A stretch of 64,000 nucleotides of DNA from an uncultured Eubacteriales bacterium (lineage in GTDB: Bacteria > Bacillota > Clostridia > TANB77 > CAG-508). The DNA lies in contig CASFHP010000002.1 of the NCBI GenBank assembly GCA_949294555.1, positions 38,087 to 102,086 on the forward strand, given 5' to 3'. Of this stretch, positions 9,716-18,681 are shown in pieces; position 1 is the first letter of the stretch; the number at the start of each line of letters is the position of its first letter. The notes beneath the pieces were generated by a model, which was not told the origin of the DNA, did no database searches, and worked only from the letters and a program-made list of their open reading frames with translations. The position numbers and the translations under genes were made by a program.

Positions 9716-12316
9716 ATGAAAATTCTAAATAAATTAACAATGAAAAATTTAAAATTAAATAAGAAAAGAACCATTGTTACCATTATTGGAATTTCTCTTT
9801 CTGTTGCATTAATATGTGCTATCACGACATTTGCTGTCAGCTTTCAAAACTCTATGATAGAAAGAGAAATCAAAACAAATGGAAATTACCATATACGAGT
9901 GCAAAATGTATCAAAAGAAAATGAAAAATATTTAGAGAACAATGCTAAGATACAAGACGTACAAATATCACAAGAAATAGGGTATGCAATTTTAGAAGAA
10001 TCTGAAAACGAGAATAAACCATTTGCCTATATTGAAAGTTATGCCCAAGACCTTTTACAAAATGGGGGAATTATCATAACAGAAGGTAGATTACCAGAAA
10101 ATGAAAATGAAATTGTGATACCAGAACATATTATTCAAAATGGAAAAGTGGATTGGAATGTTGGTGATACAATAGAGCTTGATATTGGTAATCGATATAA
10201 AGATGGGTATGTGTTAAATCAAACAAATCCATATTATACAGATCAGGATAGATTAGATAGAAAAGAAAGTGGTATTGAAGATGATTTAGAGCAAGAAACC
10301 TTTGTTGTGAATACGCAAAAAACATATACAATTGTAGGAATTATGGAAAGATTAAACAGTGAAAGCTATTCTGCACCAGGATATACCATGATAACAAAAT
10401 TAGATAAAATTGATGATACCAAAAATGTAAATATGTCACTTGTCTTAAAAGACCCAGCAGAAACATATGATTTTGAAGAATACTTGAAAAAAGATTTAAA
10501 AATCGATGAAGCAGATATTTCTGACAATGAACAATTACTATATTATGTAGGTGTTTTCAAAAGTGGAAGAATGGAAAACTTTGTCATGATTATGGCAGCA
10601 ATTGTTATTGGCATTATTGTCTTTACATCTGCATTTGTTATCAAAAATAGCTTTAGCATTTCCCTTACAGAAAAAACAAGAGAATTGGGAATGATTGCAA
10701 GTGTAGGAGCAACGTCAAAGCAAATTAGGAAAAGTATCTTTTTTGAAGGTGCCATATTAGGGCTAATTTCGATACCTTTGGGAATTGTCGTTGGAATTGT
10801 GGCAATTGGGATTGTATTGGCAATAGTTAATGGAATTATCAATTCAGGAACAACACCATTAATTGACAATTTCGAGCTAAACTTAACCATATCATGGGTA
10901 GCCATTGTAGTAGCCATCATCGTGTCTGTTATCATGATTATCATTTCTTTAATCAGACCAAGTTATCGAGCAAGTAAAATTTCTCCTATTGACGCCATAA
11001 GAGAAAGCTCTGATATAAAAGTGAAAAAGAATAAAAAGAGAAAAAATAAAGAATATAAACTAACGAAAAAGCTTTTTGGAATAGAAGGTGTTATTGCAAG
11101 AAAGAACTTTAGAAGAAGCAAGAAAAAGTATAGAACAACAATCTTTTCTATATTCTTAAGTATTGTCTTATTTATCTCTATGAATGCATTTGCAGAAAGT
11201 GTATTTGGATTATCTTCATTACAATATCAAGAAAGTAGAATTAATTTGATAGTTTATAGCAATTATTATGAACAGGATGAGGCAGAAAGAGAAGCATATT
11301 TTGATAAAATTAAAAATTTAGATGGTATTAAAGAATATGCAATTTTAAAAAATACACATGCTTATATAGATACAGAAAAATCATATACTCAAAAAGCTTA
11401 CAGTCAGCATGCAGACATGAATGCATTAGTAATATATGCCATAGGAGACGAAGCTTATAGAAATTATGTAGCAGAATTAGGCTTAAATTACGATGAAGTA
11501 AAAGATAAAGCGATATTATGTGACACTAGAATTTTTTACGAATATGAAGAAGGTAGAGATGGTGTAAAAAGAGTTGAAGATCACTTGTTTAACTTAAATG
11601 CAGGGGATACACTAGAATATTATAATGTGTCAGATGAAAATGGCAATTTATCAGATAAAGGAACAATAGAAATTGCAACAAGAGCAGATAAATATCCATT
11701 AGGTTCATTATTTAGTGATGCCAATACAAATCCAGTCATCATTATTTCAGATGAAATGATGGAAAACTTTGATTATAGCTTAGCTTCTATAGATATAAAT
11801 GTAGAAGACCCATACAAATTGCAAGAGGAAATTATAGAAATAGATAGAACCAATAAAGACAATATCTATAACATGGAAGAAGATGTAAGAGCAGCAAAAA
11901 ATATGAATTTAATTGTATCTATATTTGTATATGGATTTATCGCCGTGATTTCTATCATCGGTGTAACCAATATCTTTAATACAATAACTACCAACATGGC
12001 ACTTAGAAGTAGAGAATTTGCAATACTAAAATCTATCGGTATGACCAATAAAGAATTCAGAAAAATGATTAATTATGAAAGCTTTATATATGGATTAAAA
12101 GCATTAATATTGGGCTTGCCAGTAGGTGTTGCATTATCGTATCTAATTTATACAGTTACAACAGATGTTTATACAACTGCTTATCAACTTCCAATAATAC
12201 CAATTGTTATTTCTATCATATTTGTATTTGCGATTATATTTATGACAATGCGCTATGCTGTAAAGAAAACGAAAAATCAAAATATTATTGAAACCATCAG
12301 AAAAGAAAATATTTAA
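9716..12316 (+). CDS. ABC transporter permease, FtsX-family (BceB/MacB-like, about 10 TM with large extracytoplasmic domains)
   Basis: 866 aa. There are two FtsX-like TM clusters separated by large hydrophilic domains. It lies directly downstream of the ATPase gene. Confidence 0.8.
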   Translation: MKILNKLTMKNLKLNKKRTIVTIIGISLSVALICAITTFAVSFQNSMIEREIKTNGNYHIRVQNVSKENEKYLENNAKIQDVQISQEIGYAILEESENENKPFAYIESYAQDLLQNGGIIITEGRLPENENEIVIPEHIIQNGKVDWNVGDTIELDIGNRYKDGYVLNQTNPYYTDQDRLDRKESGIEDDLEQETFVVNTQKTYTIVGIMERLNSESYSAPGYTMITKLDKIDDTKNVNMSLVLKDPAETYDFEEYLKKDLKIDEADISDNEQLLYYVGVFKSGRMENFVMIMAAIVIGIIVFTSAFVIKNSFSISLTEKTRELGMIASVGATSKQIRKSIFFEGAILGLISIPLGIVVGIVAIGIVLAIVNGIINSGTTPLIDNFELNLTISWVAIVVAIIVSVIMIIISLIRPSYRASKISPIDAIRESSDIKVKKNKKRKNKEYKLTKKLFGIEGVIARKNFRRSKKKYRTTIFSIFLSIVLFISMNAFAESVFGLSSLQYQESRINLIVYSNYYEQDEAEREAYFDKIKNLDGIKEYAILKNTHAYIDTEKSYTQKAYSQHADMNALVIYAIGDEAYRNYVAELGLNYDEVKDKAILCDTRIFYEYEEGRDGVKRVEDHLFNLNAGDTLEYYNVSDENGNLSDKGTIEIATRADKYPLGSLFSDANTNPVIIISDEMMENFDYSLASIDINVEDPYKLQEEIIEIDRTNKDNIYNMEEDVRAAKNMNLIVSIFVYGFIAVISIIGVTNIFNTITTNMALRSREFAILKSIGMTNKEFRKMINYESFIYGLKALILGLPVGVALSYLIYTVTTDVYTTAYQLPIIPIVISIIFVFAIIFMTMRYAVKKTKNQNIIETIRKENI

Positions 12317-12391
12317 AAATTGCCAAAGGCCTGTTTCTCCATTTTTGCCAAAGGGGACGGGCCGTTTTGGCAATTTTTTTAAAATAATTTT

Positions 12392-12450
12392 AATCCAGTC
12401 AAAAGTTAAAAATTTGTAAAAACTTTTTTAACTTTTGACTGGATTTTTTC
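12392..12450. terminator. Bidirectional intrinsic terminator hairpin between convergent genes
   Basis: A perfect 21-bp stem AATCCAGTCAAAAGTTAAAAA/TTTTTAACTTTTGACTGGATT, with T-runs on both sides. Confidence 0.6.
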
Positions 12451-12455
12451 AATTT

Positions 12456-13214
12456 TTACGGTTCCTCAATTAAATCTTGCCAATATTTTTTAGGCATAAA
12501 TTGCATTTGGCATCTAGCATTTTTTCTTTCTTGTATGGCAATGGTTTTGAAAAACAATTTCCAAAGTTCTTGATATTTTTGCTCTTCTTCAGTAATCTCT
12601 GGTATTGTTAAATTGGTACTGTCAATAATCTTGTATTCTTGCATGTTGTATAAAAAGCATATATTTCTATTTTTATCATGGATAATAAAATTTTGAGTAG
12701 GCAGTCTTTTAATAAAATGATGTCCTAAAGGTTCAATAATATTATTATCAGGATGAATAGAAGCATAATATAGATTTTCTCCAATTTCCATAAAGCGAAG
12801 TAATCCTTTTAATTTATGACATTCTGATAAGGCTCTTTTTCTCATGTTGATAACAGAAAATACATAAGAAACGGTAAGCATGGTATTAATTTTAGGACCA
12901 ATATCAAATCCATCACATAAATATTTTAGAATATTGATTTCTTTATTTTTTCCATCTGACAAAAAGGCATAAAAACTATTATATAAAGCTTCATAGCAAA
13001 TATTCTTATTAATGCCTTCAAAAACACGTTTTGCCTTTCCATAATTGGTATCTATATATTGTGTTTTATCTAAAAAATTTTGTGTATAATCCTCTTCTGA
13101 AACGATTTTTTGTGGCAATGTTTTATGAGAATAACTATCAAAAACAATTGTTAGTAATCCATCAAATGTGCCGTCATATAAGTAGGTTGTATTTATAAGC
13201 TTCCAGTTAGACAT
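12456..13214 (-). CDS. Probable DNA metabolism protein (UDG-superfamily-like partner of the radical SAM gene)
   Basis: 252 aa. It overlaps the upstream radical SAM gene by 22 nt. This gene-pair architecture matches the conserved rSAM/UDG-like pair. Confidence 0.6.
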   Translation of the reverse strand: MSNWKLINTTYLYDGTFDGLLTIVFDSYSHKTLPQKIVSEEDYTQNFLDKTQYIDTNYGKAKRVFEGINKNICYEALYNSFYAFLSDGKNKEINILKYLCDGFDIGPKINTMLTVSYVFSVINMRKRALSECHKLKGLLRFMEIGENLYYASIHPDNNIIEPLGHHFIKRLPTQNFIIHDKNRNICFLYNMQEYKIIDSTNLTIPEITEEEQKYQELWKLFFKTIAIQERKNARCQMQFMPKKYWQDLIEEP

Positions 13215-14491
13215 TTTACTTTATCCTCCTTTGTAGGTAATAATGTATCAAACATAGATAATTGTTCATATTTCTTTTGTGGAATGGTATTTCTTTCTGT
13301 ATATAATAAATTGGTTTCAATAAAATTTTTGTTAAATTTATTGACTTCATAAAAATATTTTCCTTTACAAGTGATGAAATATTGTGCTCTTTTTAGGACA
13401 ACACCTAATTTCTTTAAACTTTCAAAATCTAGTAAAAATTCTCTTCTTGCAGTAATAATCTTTTTGGCACTAATCACACCAATACCAGGAATTCGTAGAA
13501 GCGTATGATAATTAGCAGTATTGATTTCTATTGGAAATTTATCTAAATTTCTTAAAGCCCAATCACATTTAGGGTCTAACAAAGTATTGAAATTAGGGTG
13601 TTCTTCATTTAATAATTCATCTGCTTGAAAACCATAAAATCTAAGAAGCCAATCTGCTTGATATAATCGATTTTCTCTTAGAAGAGGGGGCTTCTCTAAG
13701 GTAGGTAAGTTTTTATCATTATTAATAGAAACATAAGCAGAATAGTAAACACGTTTTAACTTTAAAGATTTATACATACTTTCAGAAAGTTTCAAGATTT
13801 TCAAATCTGTTTCAGGTGTGGCACCAACCATTAATTGTGTGGTTTGACCAGCTGGAACAAATTTCTTTTTATATTTTGATTTATCCATTTTATTAATTTT
13901 GAGAGTGTTTGCAACATAGGTCATTGGTTTCAAAATCCCATCTTTTTCTTTTTGAGGTGCTAACAACTTTAAACTATCATTTGAGGGAAGTTCTATATTA
14001 ATACTCATTCTATCTACTAAAATACCTAATTTATCAATTAATTCTTGACTACAACCAGGGATAGTTTTACAGTGAATATATCCATTAAAATGATACTCAT
14101 TTCGTAAAATAGAAGCTGTTTCAACAAGCCTTTCCATTGTATAGTCAGGAGATTTAATAACAGCTGAACTCAAAAATAGGCCTTCAATGTAATTTCGCTT
14201 GTAAAAATGAATGGTTAAATCTGCAACTTCGCGAGGGGTAAAAGTGGCTCTAGGCACAGAATTTGAACAACGATTAATACAATATTTGCAATCATACATA
14301 CAGGCATTTGTAAACAAAATCTTCAAAAGAGAAATACATCTGCCATCTGCACCCCAACTATGACAAATACCAGAAACATGACCATTTCCAATTCCATTAT
14401 CTGTGTTTTTTCTGTCACTACCACTAGAACTGCAAGAAGCATCATATTTTGCAGAATCAGCTAAAATTTTTAATTTGTCGAAAATTTCCAT
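13193..14491 (-). CDS. Putative DNA modification/repair radical SAM protein
   Basis: A CxxxCxxC motif (CMYDCKYC), 432 aa, and a C-terminal helix-hairpin-helix-like region. It is translationally coupled to the downstream UDG-like gene. Confidence 0.75.
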   Translation of the reverse strand: MEIFDKLKILADSAKYDASCSSSGSDRKNTDNGIGNGHVSGICHSWGADGRCISLLKILFTNACMYDCKYCINRCSNSVPRATFTPREVADLTIHFYKRNYIEGLFLSSAVIKSPDYTMERLVETASILRNEYHFNGYIHCKTIPGCSQELIDKLGILVDRMSINIELPSNDSLKLLAPQKEKDGILKPMTYVANTLKINKMDKSKYKKKFVPAGQTTQLMVGATPETDLKILKLSESMYKSLKLKRVYYSAYVSINNDKNLPTLEKPPLLRENRLYQADWLLRFYGFQADELLNEEHPNFNTLLDPKCDWALRNLDKFPIEINTANYHTLLRIPGIGVISAKKIITARREFLLDFESLKKLGVVLKRAQYFITCKGKYFYEVNKFNKNFIETNLLYTERNTIPQKKYEQLSMFDTLLPTKEDKVKCLTGSL

Positions 14492-14784
14492 AGCACACCT
14501 CCGAATATATGTTTGATTATATCATTCGGAAAATGAAAATGCAATACTTTTAAGAACAATAGCGGGCTTTTTAAAACATTTTTTCTGTTTATAACATTTT
14601 AAAGCCCGCGTTATTGTTCGGCGCCAATTTTACGCAAGTAAAATTGTGTGCAATCTTTAGAGCGAAGCGATGTTCTAGTATAGGAAAAATCGAGTTTTTT
14701 CTATACTAGAACAAAATTTCGTAAAACTATTTAAAAAATATAACTTACATGATATAATAGCTTTATCGAGAAAGGATGTTGATA

Positions 14785-15150
14785 ATGAATAGAGAAATAG
14801 GAAGGATAACCAAAAAAGTAATAAGAATTTTAGAATTAGATTATGATAAAGAACAACCTATTTTTATTGGTGATGCTAATATTAAACATATGCAAGAAAG
14901 ACATCCGCTAGATTTTGAAAGATATGGTCAAAAAATGGAAGATATTATAAAAAATCCGACATATTTAGCAAGAAATCAAAAAAAGAAATCAATTGAATTC
15001 ATAAAGGAATATAAGACTCAAAGTGACGATTATGTATTAATAGCAGTAAGAGTAAGTAATAATGGTGTACATTTTGCAAGAACTATGTACATAATGGCTG
15101 ATGAAAAAGTGAAAAAATATTTGAAACATAATTATTTTCACAAATTCTAG
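14785..15150 (+). CDS. Hypothetical protein
   Basis: An ORF with the RBS AAAGGA. No confident family assignment is possible from the sequence. Confidence 0.4.
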   Translation: MNREIGRITKKVIRILELDYDKEQPIFIGDANIKHMQERHPLDFERYGQKMEDIIKNPTYLARNQKKKSIEFIKEYKTQSDDYVLIAVRVSNNGVHFARTMYIMADEKVKKYLKHNYFHKF

Positions 15151-15203
15151 CTTGCAAAAAGTAGAAATGTATGTTATTATAATTATAGCATATAATAAAT
15201 GTA

Positions 15204-15333
15204 GGAAAAGTTTCAGAGGACGGAACTGGTAGCCGTAGCCCATCTAACAGATGTAGGAGATGTGGGATTACCACCCCACCTAACTTTTCCAAACTAGAAA
15301 GTAGGAGTGCTAGAAATAGCACTCTTTATTTTT
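15204..15333 (+). ncRNA. Candidate structured RNA (sRNA, riboswitch-like or 3'UTR element) with its own intrinsic terminator
   Basis: A closing stem GGAAAAGTT...AACTTTTCC encloses internal hairpins (GTGGG-ATTACCA-CCCAC). A terminator hairpin GAGTGCTAGAAATAGCACTC plus a T-run follows. An upstream TTGCAA...TATAAT pair could be a promoter but has a suboptimal 20-nt spacer. Confidence 0.3.
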
Positions 15334-15334
15334 A

Positions 15335-15364
15335 CATTATAGGAAATAGCATTTCCTATAATGC
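15335..15364. repeat. Palindromic element CATTATAGGAAAT-AGC-ATTTCCTATAATG (member 1 of a six-copy family)
   Basis: A perfect inverted repeat immediately after the terminator of the candidate RNA. Both arms contain TATAAT. Confidence 0.6.
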
Positions 15365-15502
15365 AAAAAACATAATTGATAATTGTTATTTAACGATGAA
15401 GTCTAAAAAAAGTAGAGATTGGTATTGAAAATTTTAAAAGGAAACGGTATAATACTAAACGATACATACGAAAGTAAATCAAGAAAAGAAAGGATACGAA
15501 AA

Positions 15503-16492
15503 ATGATACAAATAGAAAACAAATTTGGAAACAATTATGGAAAAATATATGGAGAAACAAAAACAGCTATTCCCAAAATTAAAGTAATTGGAATAGGTGG
15601 AGGAGGCAACAATGCTGTTAGACAAATGGTTGAAGATAAGATAAAAGATGTAGATTTCTACTTTTTTAATACAGAACTTGCTATGTTAAATAAAACGAAA
15701 ATGGATAATGTTTTACAAATTGGAAAAGAAACGACAAAAGGTCTAGGAGCAGGAGCAAATCCAGAAGTTGGAGAAAAAGCAGCCATTGAAAGTAAAGAAG
15801 ATATTAAACAAGTATTAGCTGGAACACAATTACTATTCTTAACTGCTGGAATGGGAGGCGGAACTGGAACAGGAGCTATTCCAGTAGTTGCAGAAATTGC
15901 ACAAGAGATGGGAATTCAAACCATTGCAATTGTCACAAAACCATTCCTTTTTGAAGGAAGATTAAGAGGAACCAGGGCAGAGGCAGGAATAGAAAAATTA
16001 AAACAACATGTAAATAGTTTAATTTTAATTTCAAATGATAAATTATTAAAAATTGCAGGAAATCAAAAAATGAGTATTATTAATGCTTTTAAAATGGCGG
16101 ATAATGTATTAGAACAAGGAATTAAAAGCATTACAGATTTGATTACATCTGTAGGAGATATTAATGTGGACTTTGCAGATGTTACAACAATGCTAACATA
16201 TAAAGGAATGGCATATATGGGAATAGGAGAAGCAAAAGGAGAAGGCAGAATGGTAGATGCTGTTAACCAGGCAATTGACAATGCTCTTACAGAAAATAAA
16301 ATTAACAATGCAAAAGGTGTTATCTTTAATGTTAGAGGAAATTCAGAATTGGCGTTAAGTGAGATTAACGATGGTATTGGTAAAATTAATGATTTAATTA
16401 GTGAAGACGCTAATGTCGTATTTGGAACAATTACGGATGAGTCCTTAGGAGATAAAGTTGTTGTTACTGTTATTGCGACAGGGGTAGAGTAA
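15503..16492 (+). CDS. FtsZ paralog (tubulin/FtsZ GTPase core only, no C-terminal linker or tail)
   Basis: The motifs GIGGGGNNAV, GGGTGTGAIPVVAEIA (tubulin signature) and NVDFADV (T7 loop) are present. The protein ends right after the core domain (VVTVIATGVE). It is not in a dcw (division and cell-wall) context. Confidence 0.75.
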   Translation: MIQIENKFGNNYGKIYGETKTAIPKIKVIGIGGGGNNAVRQMVEDKIKDVDFYFFNTELAMLNKTKMDNVLQIGKETTKGLGAGANPEVGEKAAIESKEDIKQVLAGTQLLFLTAGMGGGTGTGAIPVVAEIAQEMGIQTIAIVTKPFLFEGRLRGTRAEAGIEKLKQHVNSLILISNDKLLKIAGNQKMSIINAFKMADNVLEQGIKSITDLITSVGDINVDFADVTTMLTYKGMAYMGIGEAKGEGRMVDAVNQAIDNALTENKINNAKGVIFNVRGNSELALSEINDGIGKINDLISEDANVVFGTITDESLGDKVVVTVIATGVE

Positions 16493-16605
16493 GGTTGTAA
16501 AATCATAATAAAAGTGATATAATATTATTACACATGGCAATGCCCATATGTAGAGCACAGGCCTTGCGTAGAAACCCGTTGACAGTACAAAATGGAGGTA
16601 GAAAA

Positions 16606-16884
16606 ATGAATGAATTAATATGTTTAAAAGAAGAGTTGCGGAAGATAAGAAAAGCTGACTTAAGTCCGCAAGACAAGAAACAACTAGAAGAAATACTAGA
16701 GTATATCATCTATTGTGACCTAGAAAATGAATGTAACAAGATAGAGCAAGTCTTGTGGAAAATGGAATACTTAAACATGTTCTCTAATGCAGTAGAACCA
16801 ATGAAAAAGATTGTTGCAAACAAAAAAGAAGAAATAAAGGTCTGGAAAGAAATTTTGGCAGCAATTAGGTTATTAGATTATTAA
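16606..16884 (+). CDS. Hypothetical small helical protein downstream of the FtsZ paralog
   Basis: An ORF with the RBS GGAGG. A sigma-A-like promoter TTGTAA-17-TATAAT lies at about 16497-16525. It is followed by a bidirectional terminator. Confidence 0.4.
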   Translation: MNELICLKEELRKIRKADLSPQDKKQLEEILEYIIYCDLENECNKIEQVLWKMEYLNMFSNAVEPMKKIVANKKEEIKVWKEILAAIRLLDY

Positions 16885-16894
16885 TTGCTACCAA

Positions 16895-16927
16895 GTCAGG
16901 CAGAGATTCTTATAGTCTCTGCCTGAT
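16895..16927. terminator. Bidirectional intrinsic terminator
   Basis: The hairpin TCAGGCAGAGATTCTTATAGTCTCTGCCTGA lies between convergent genes. Confidence 0.5.
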
Positions 16928-16955
16928 TACATTTTATTCAAAAATTTTTTAAGCC

Positions 16956-18468
16956 CTAATAAAATTCTTTCAATTTCTTATAAATACGTTCCTTATCAAA
17001 TATAAACATAAAACATAAATAAAATAGAACAAACAAAGCAATTTGAATAATTGTATTTAAAGAAAAAGAAGAAACTTGTATATTTAATATTTTAATTAAT
17101 AAATAAGAGACTAAACAAGCAAAAACAGGTCTTACTATAAATTTTTTTAAATTTATAGAATAATTAATTTTTTTCTTTAACTGAATACTACTAATCGTAA
17201 AATTCAAAAGTTCACTCACAAAAATACTCAAAATATATCCATACATCCCCATAATTGGAACGATAAAAAAGATAATCGAAATGGTAACTACTAAATCAAT
17301 AATATTGCAAACCATAACACTTACTTGTTCATTAATGCCTTTTAACATATTATCAATGATATTATCGATATACATAAAAAAGATAAGAGGAGAGAGTATT
17401 TTAATCCATTTTCCAGCCTCTATAGACTGATAAACCATTAGACTAATGTCATTGGCAAATATGATAAAAACGCCTGTAACACAAATTGAAAAGATAAAGG
17501 TAACTTTAAAAATTGTATCACAAACTGTCTTTAGTCTGTTATAATTCCCACCAGCGAGCAGTCTGGAAAATTCCGGAACTAATAATCCACTAAAAGAACC
17601 AATTAGAACATTTGCAAACATAATCACAGGCATAACCATTCCGGCCAATCATACCATAATTAGAAACAGCTAAAGAATAGGACATTCCAGATAATTCTAG
17701 ACGAATGGGAATTAGAAACTGTTTTAAAGAGGAAAGTCCAGAACGTATGCAAGAGGTTATGCTAATCGGAAAAGCAATCGTAAAAATTTTTTTCTTCATC
17801 TGCATAGGTAAACTTCTTTTAGATATGTATTTTCTCCTATCAATTAGATAAAAGATAATATTTAAACTAAACGAAAATACTTCAGATATGACATCAGCTA
17901 AAATAAGTGAAATACAAATTGTTTCAACATCTTTAGTGTCATAAACATAAAGTAAAATAATGGTTGCAATAATCTTGACACCTGTTTCTAAAATTTGAGA
18001 AATTGCACTTTTATATGGTTTCTCAACAGAAGAAAAATACCCACCAATGACAGAAGAAACAGCAATTAATGGCAATCCTAAAGAAATCAGATAAAGTGGA
18101 ATTTCAGAAACCATATCCTTTAGCCAAATATCTGAAATGATAGGTGCAAACAAAATCACACAAATAGAAGAAAGAAAGCCTAATAGCACAGCAAATAAAA
18201 TAGATGTTTTAACCGCTTTTATACCATTAATATAATTTCCTTTAGCAAATTCTTCAGAAACAATACAAGTACATGCAATGCCAATGCCAGAAGTTGCAAC
18301 TGTAATCGCAAAATTATATACAGACATAATTAAACTAAAGATACCAATTGCTTCTGAACCTACTTTATTGGCTACAAAGATATTAAAAATTAATCCAATA
18401 CCACGCATAGCAAGTGCGGTTATGGTTAAAATAATACCGTTAATCAAAAATAATTTTGTCTTTCTCAA
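16956..18468 (-). pseudogene. SpoVB/MOP-superfamily polysaccharide or peptidoglycan-precursor flippase-like membrane protein, split by a frameshift near 17590-17648
   Basis: Two overlapping ORFs (292 aa and 230 aa) together cover a full-length protein of about 520 aa and 14 TM helices, of the SpoVB type. Confidence 0.6.
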
Positions 18469-18524
18469 AATATCACCTTCTTAAAATGATATTAGAAAAA
18501 AACAAAATTATGACCATTTCCATT

Positions 18525-18677
18525 TGTCCAATTGGGGACGTTTCTTTTTGAGACACTTTTATGTTAACATTAGTTTAAAGTAACAAATAATGTATATAAA
18601 ATTTTATATACATTATTTTTATTAAAAAACAATAGTAAACTCAAAATGTCTCAAAAAGAAACGTCCCCAATTGGACA
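18525..18677. repeat. MITE-like element: two 31-bp perfect inverted repeats flanking a 91-bp AT-rich palindromic core
   Basis: The left arm TGTCCAATTGGGGACGTTTCTTTTTGAGACA is at 18525-18555. The right arm, its exact reverse complement, is at 18647-18677. The core contains the 26-bp palindrome AATGTATATAAAATTTTATATACATT. Confidence 0.6.
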
Positions 18678-18681
18678 AAAA

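Noticed and set aside
10543-10944. 133-aa antisense ORF inside the FtsX permease gene, and similar antisense ORFs in copA (49660..50409, 50608..51144), mutS (23984..24364) and GH3
   Set aside because: They are embedded antisense in well-supported genes, with hydrophobic or low-complexity translations typical of AT-rich antisense frames.
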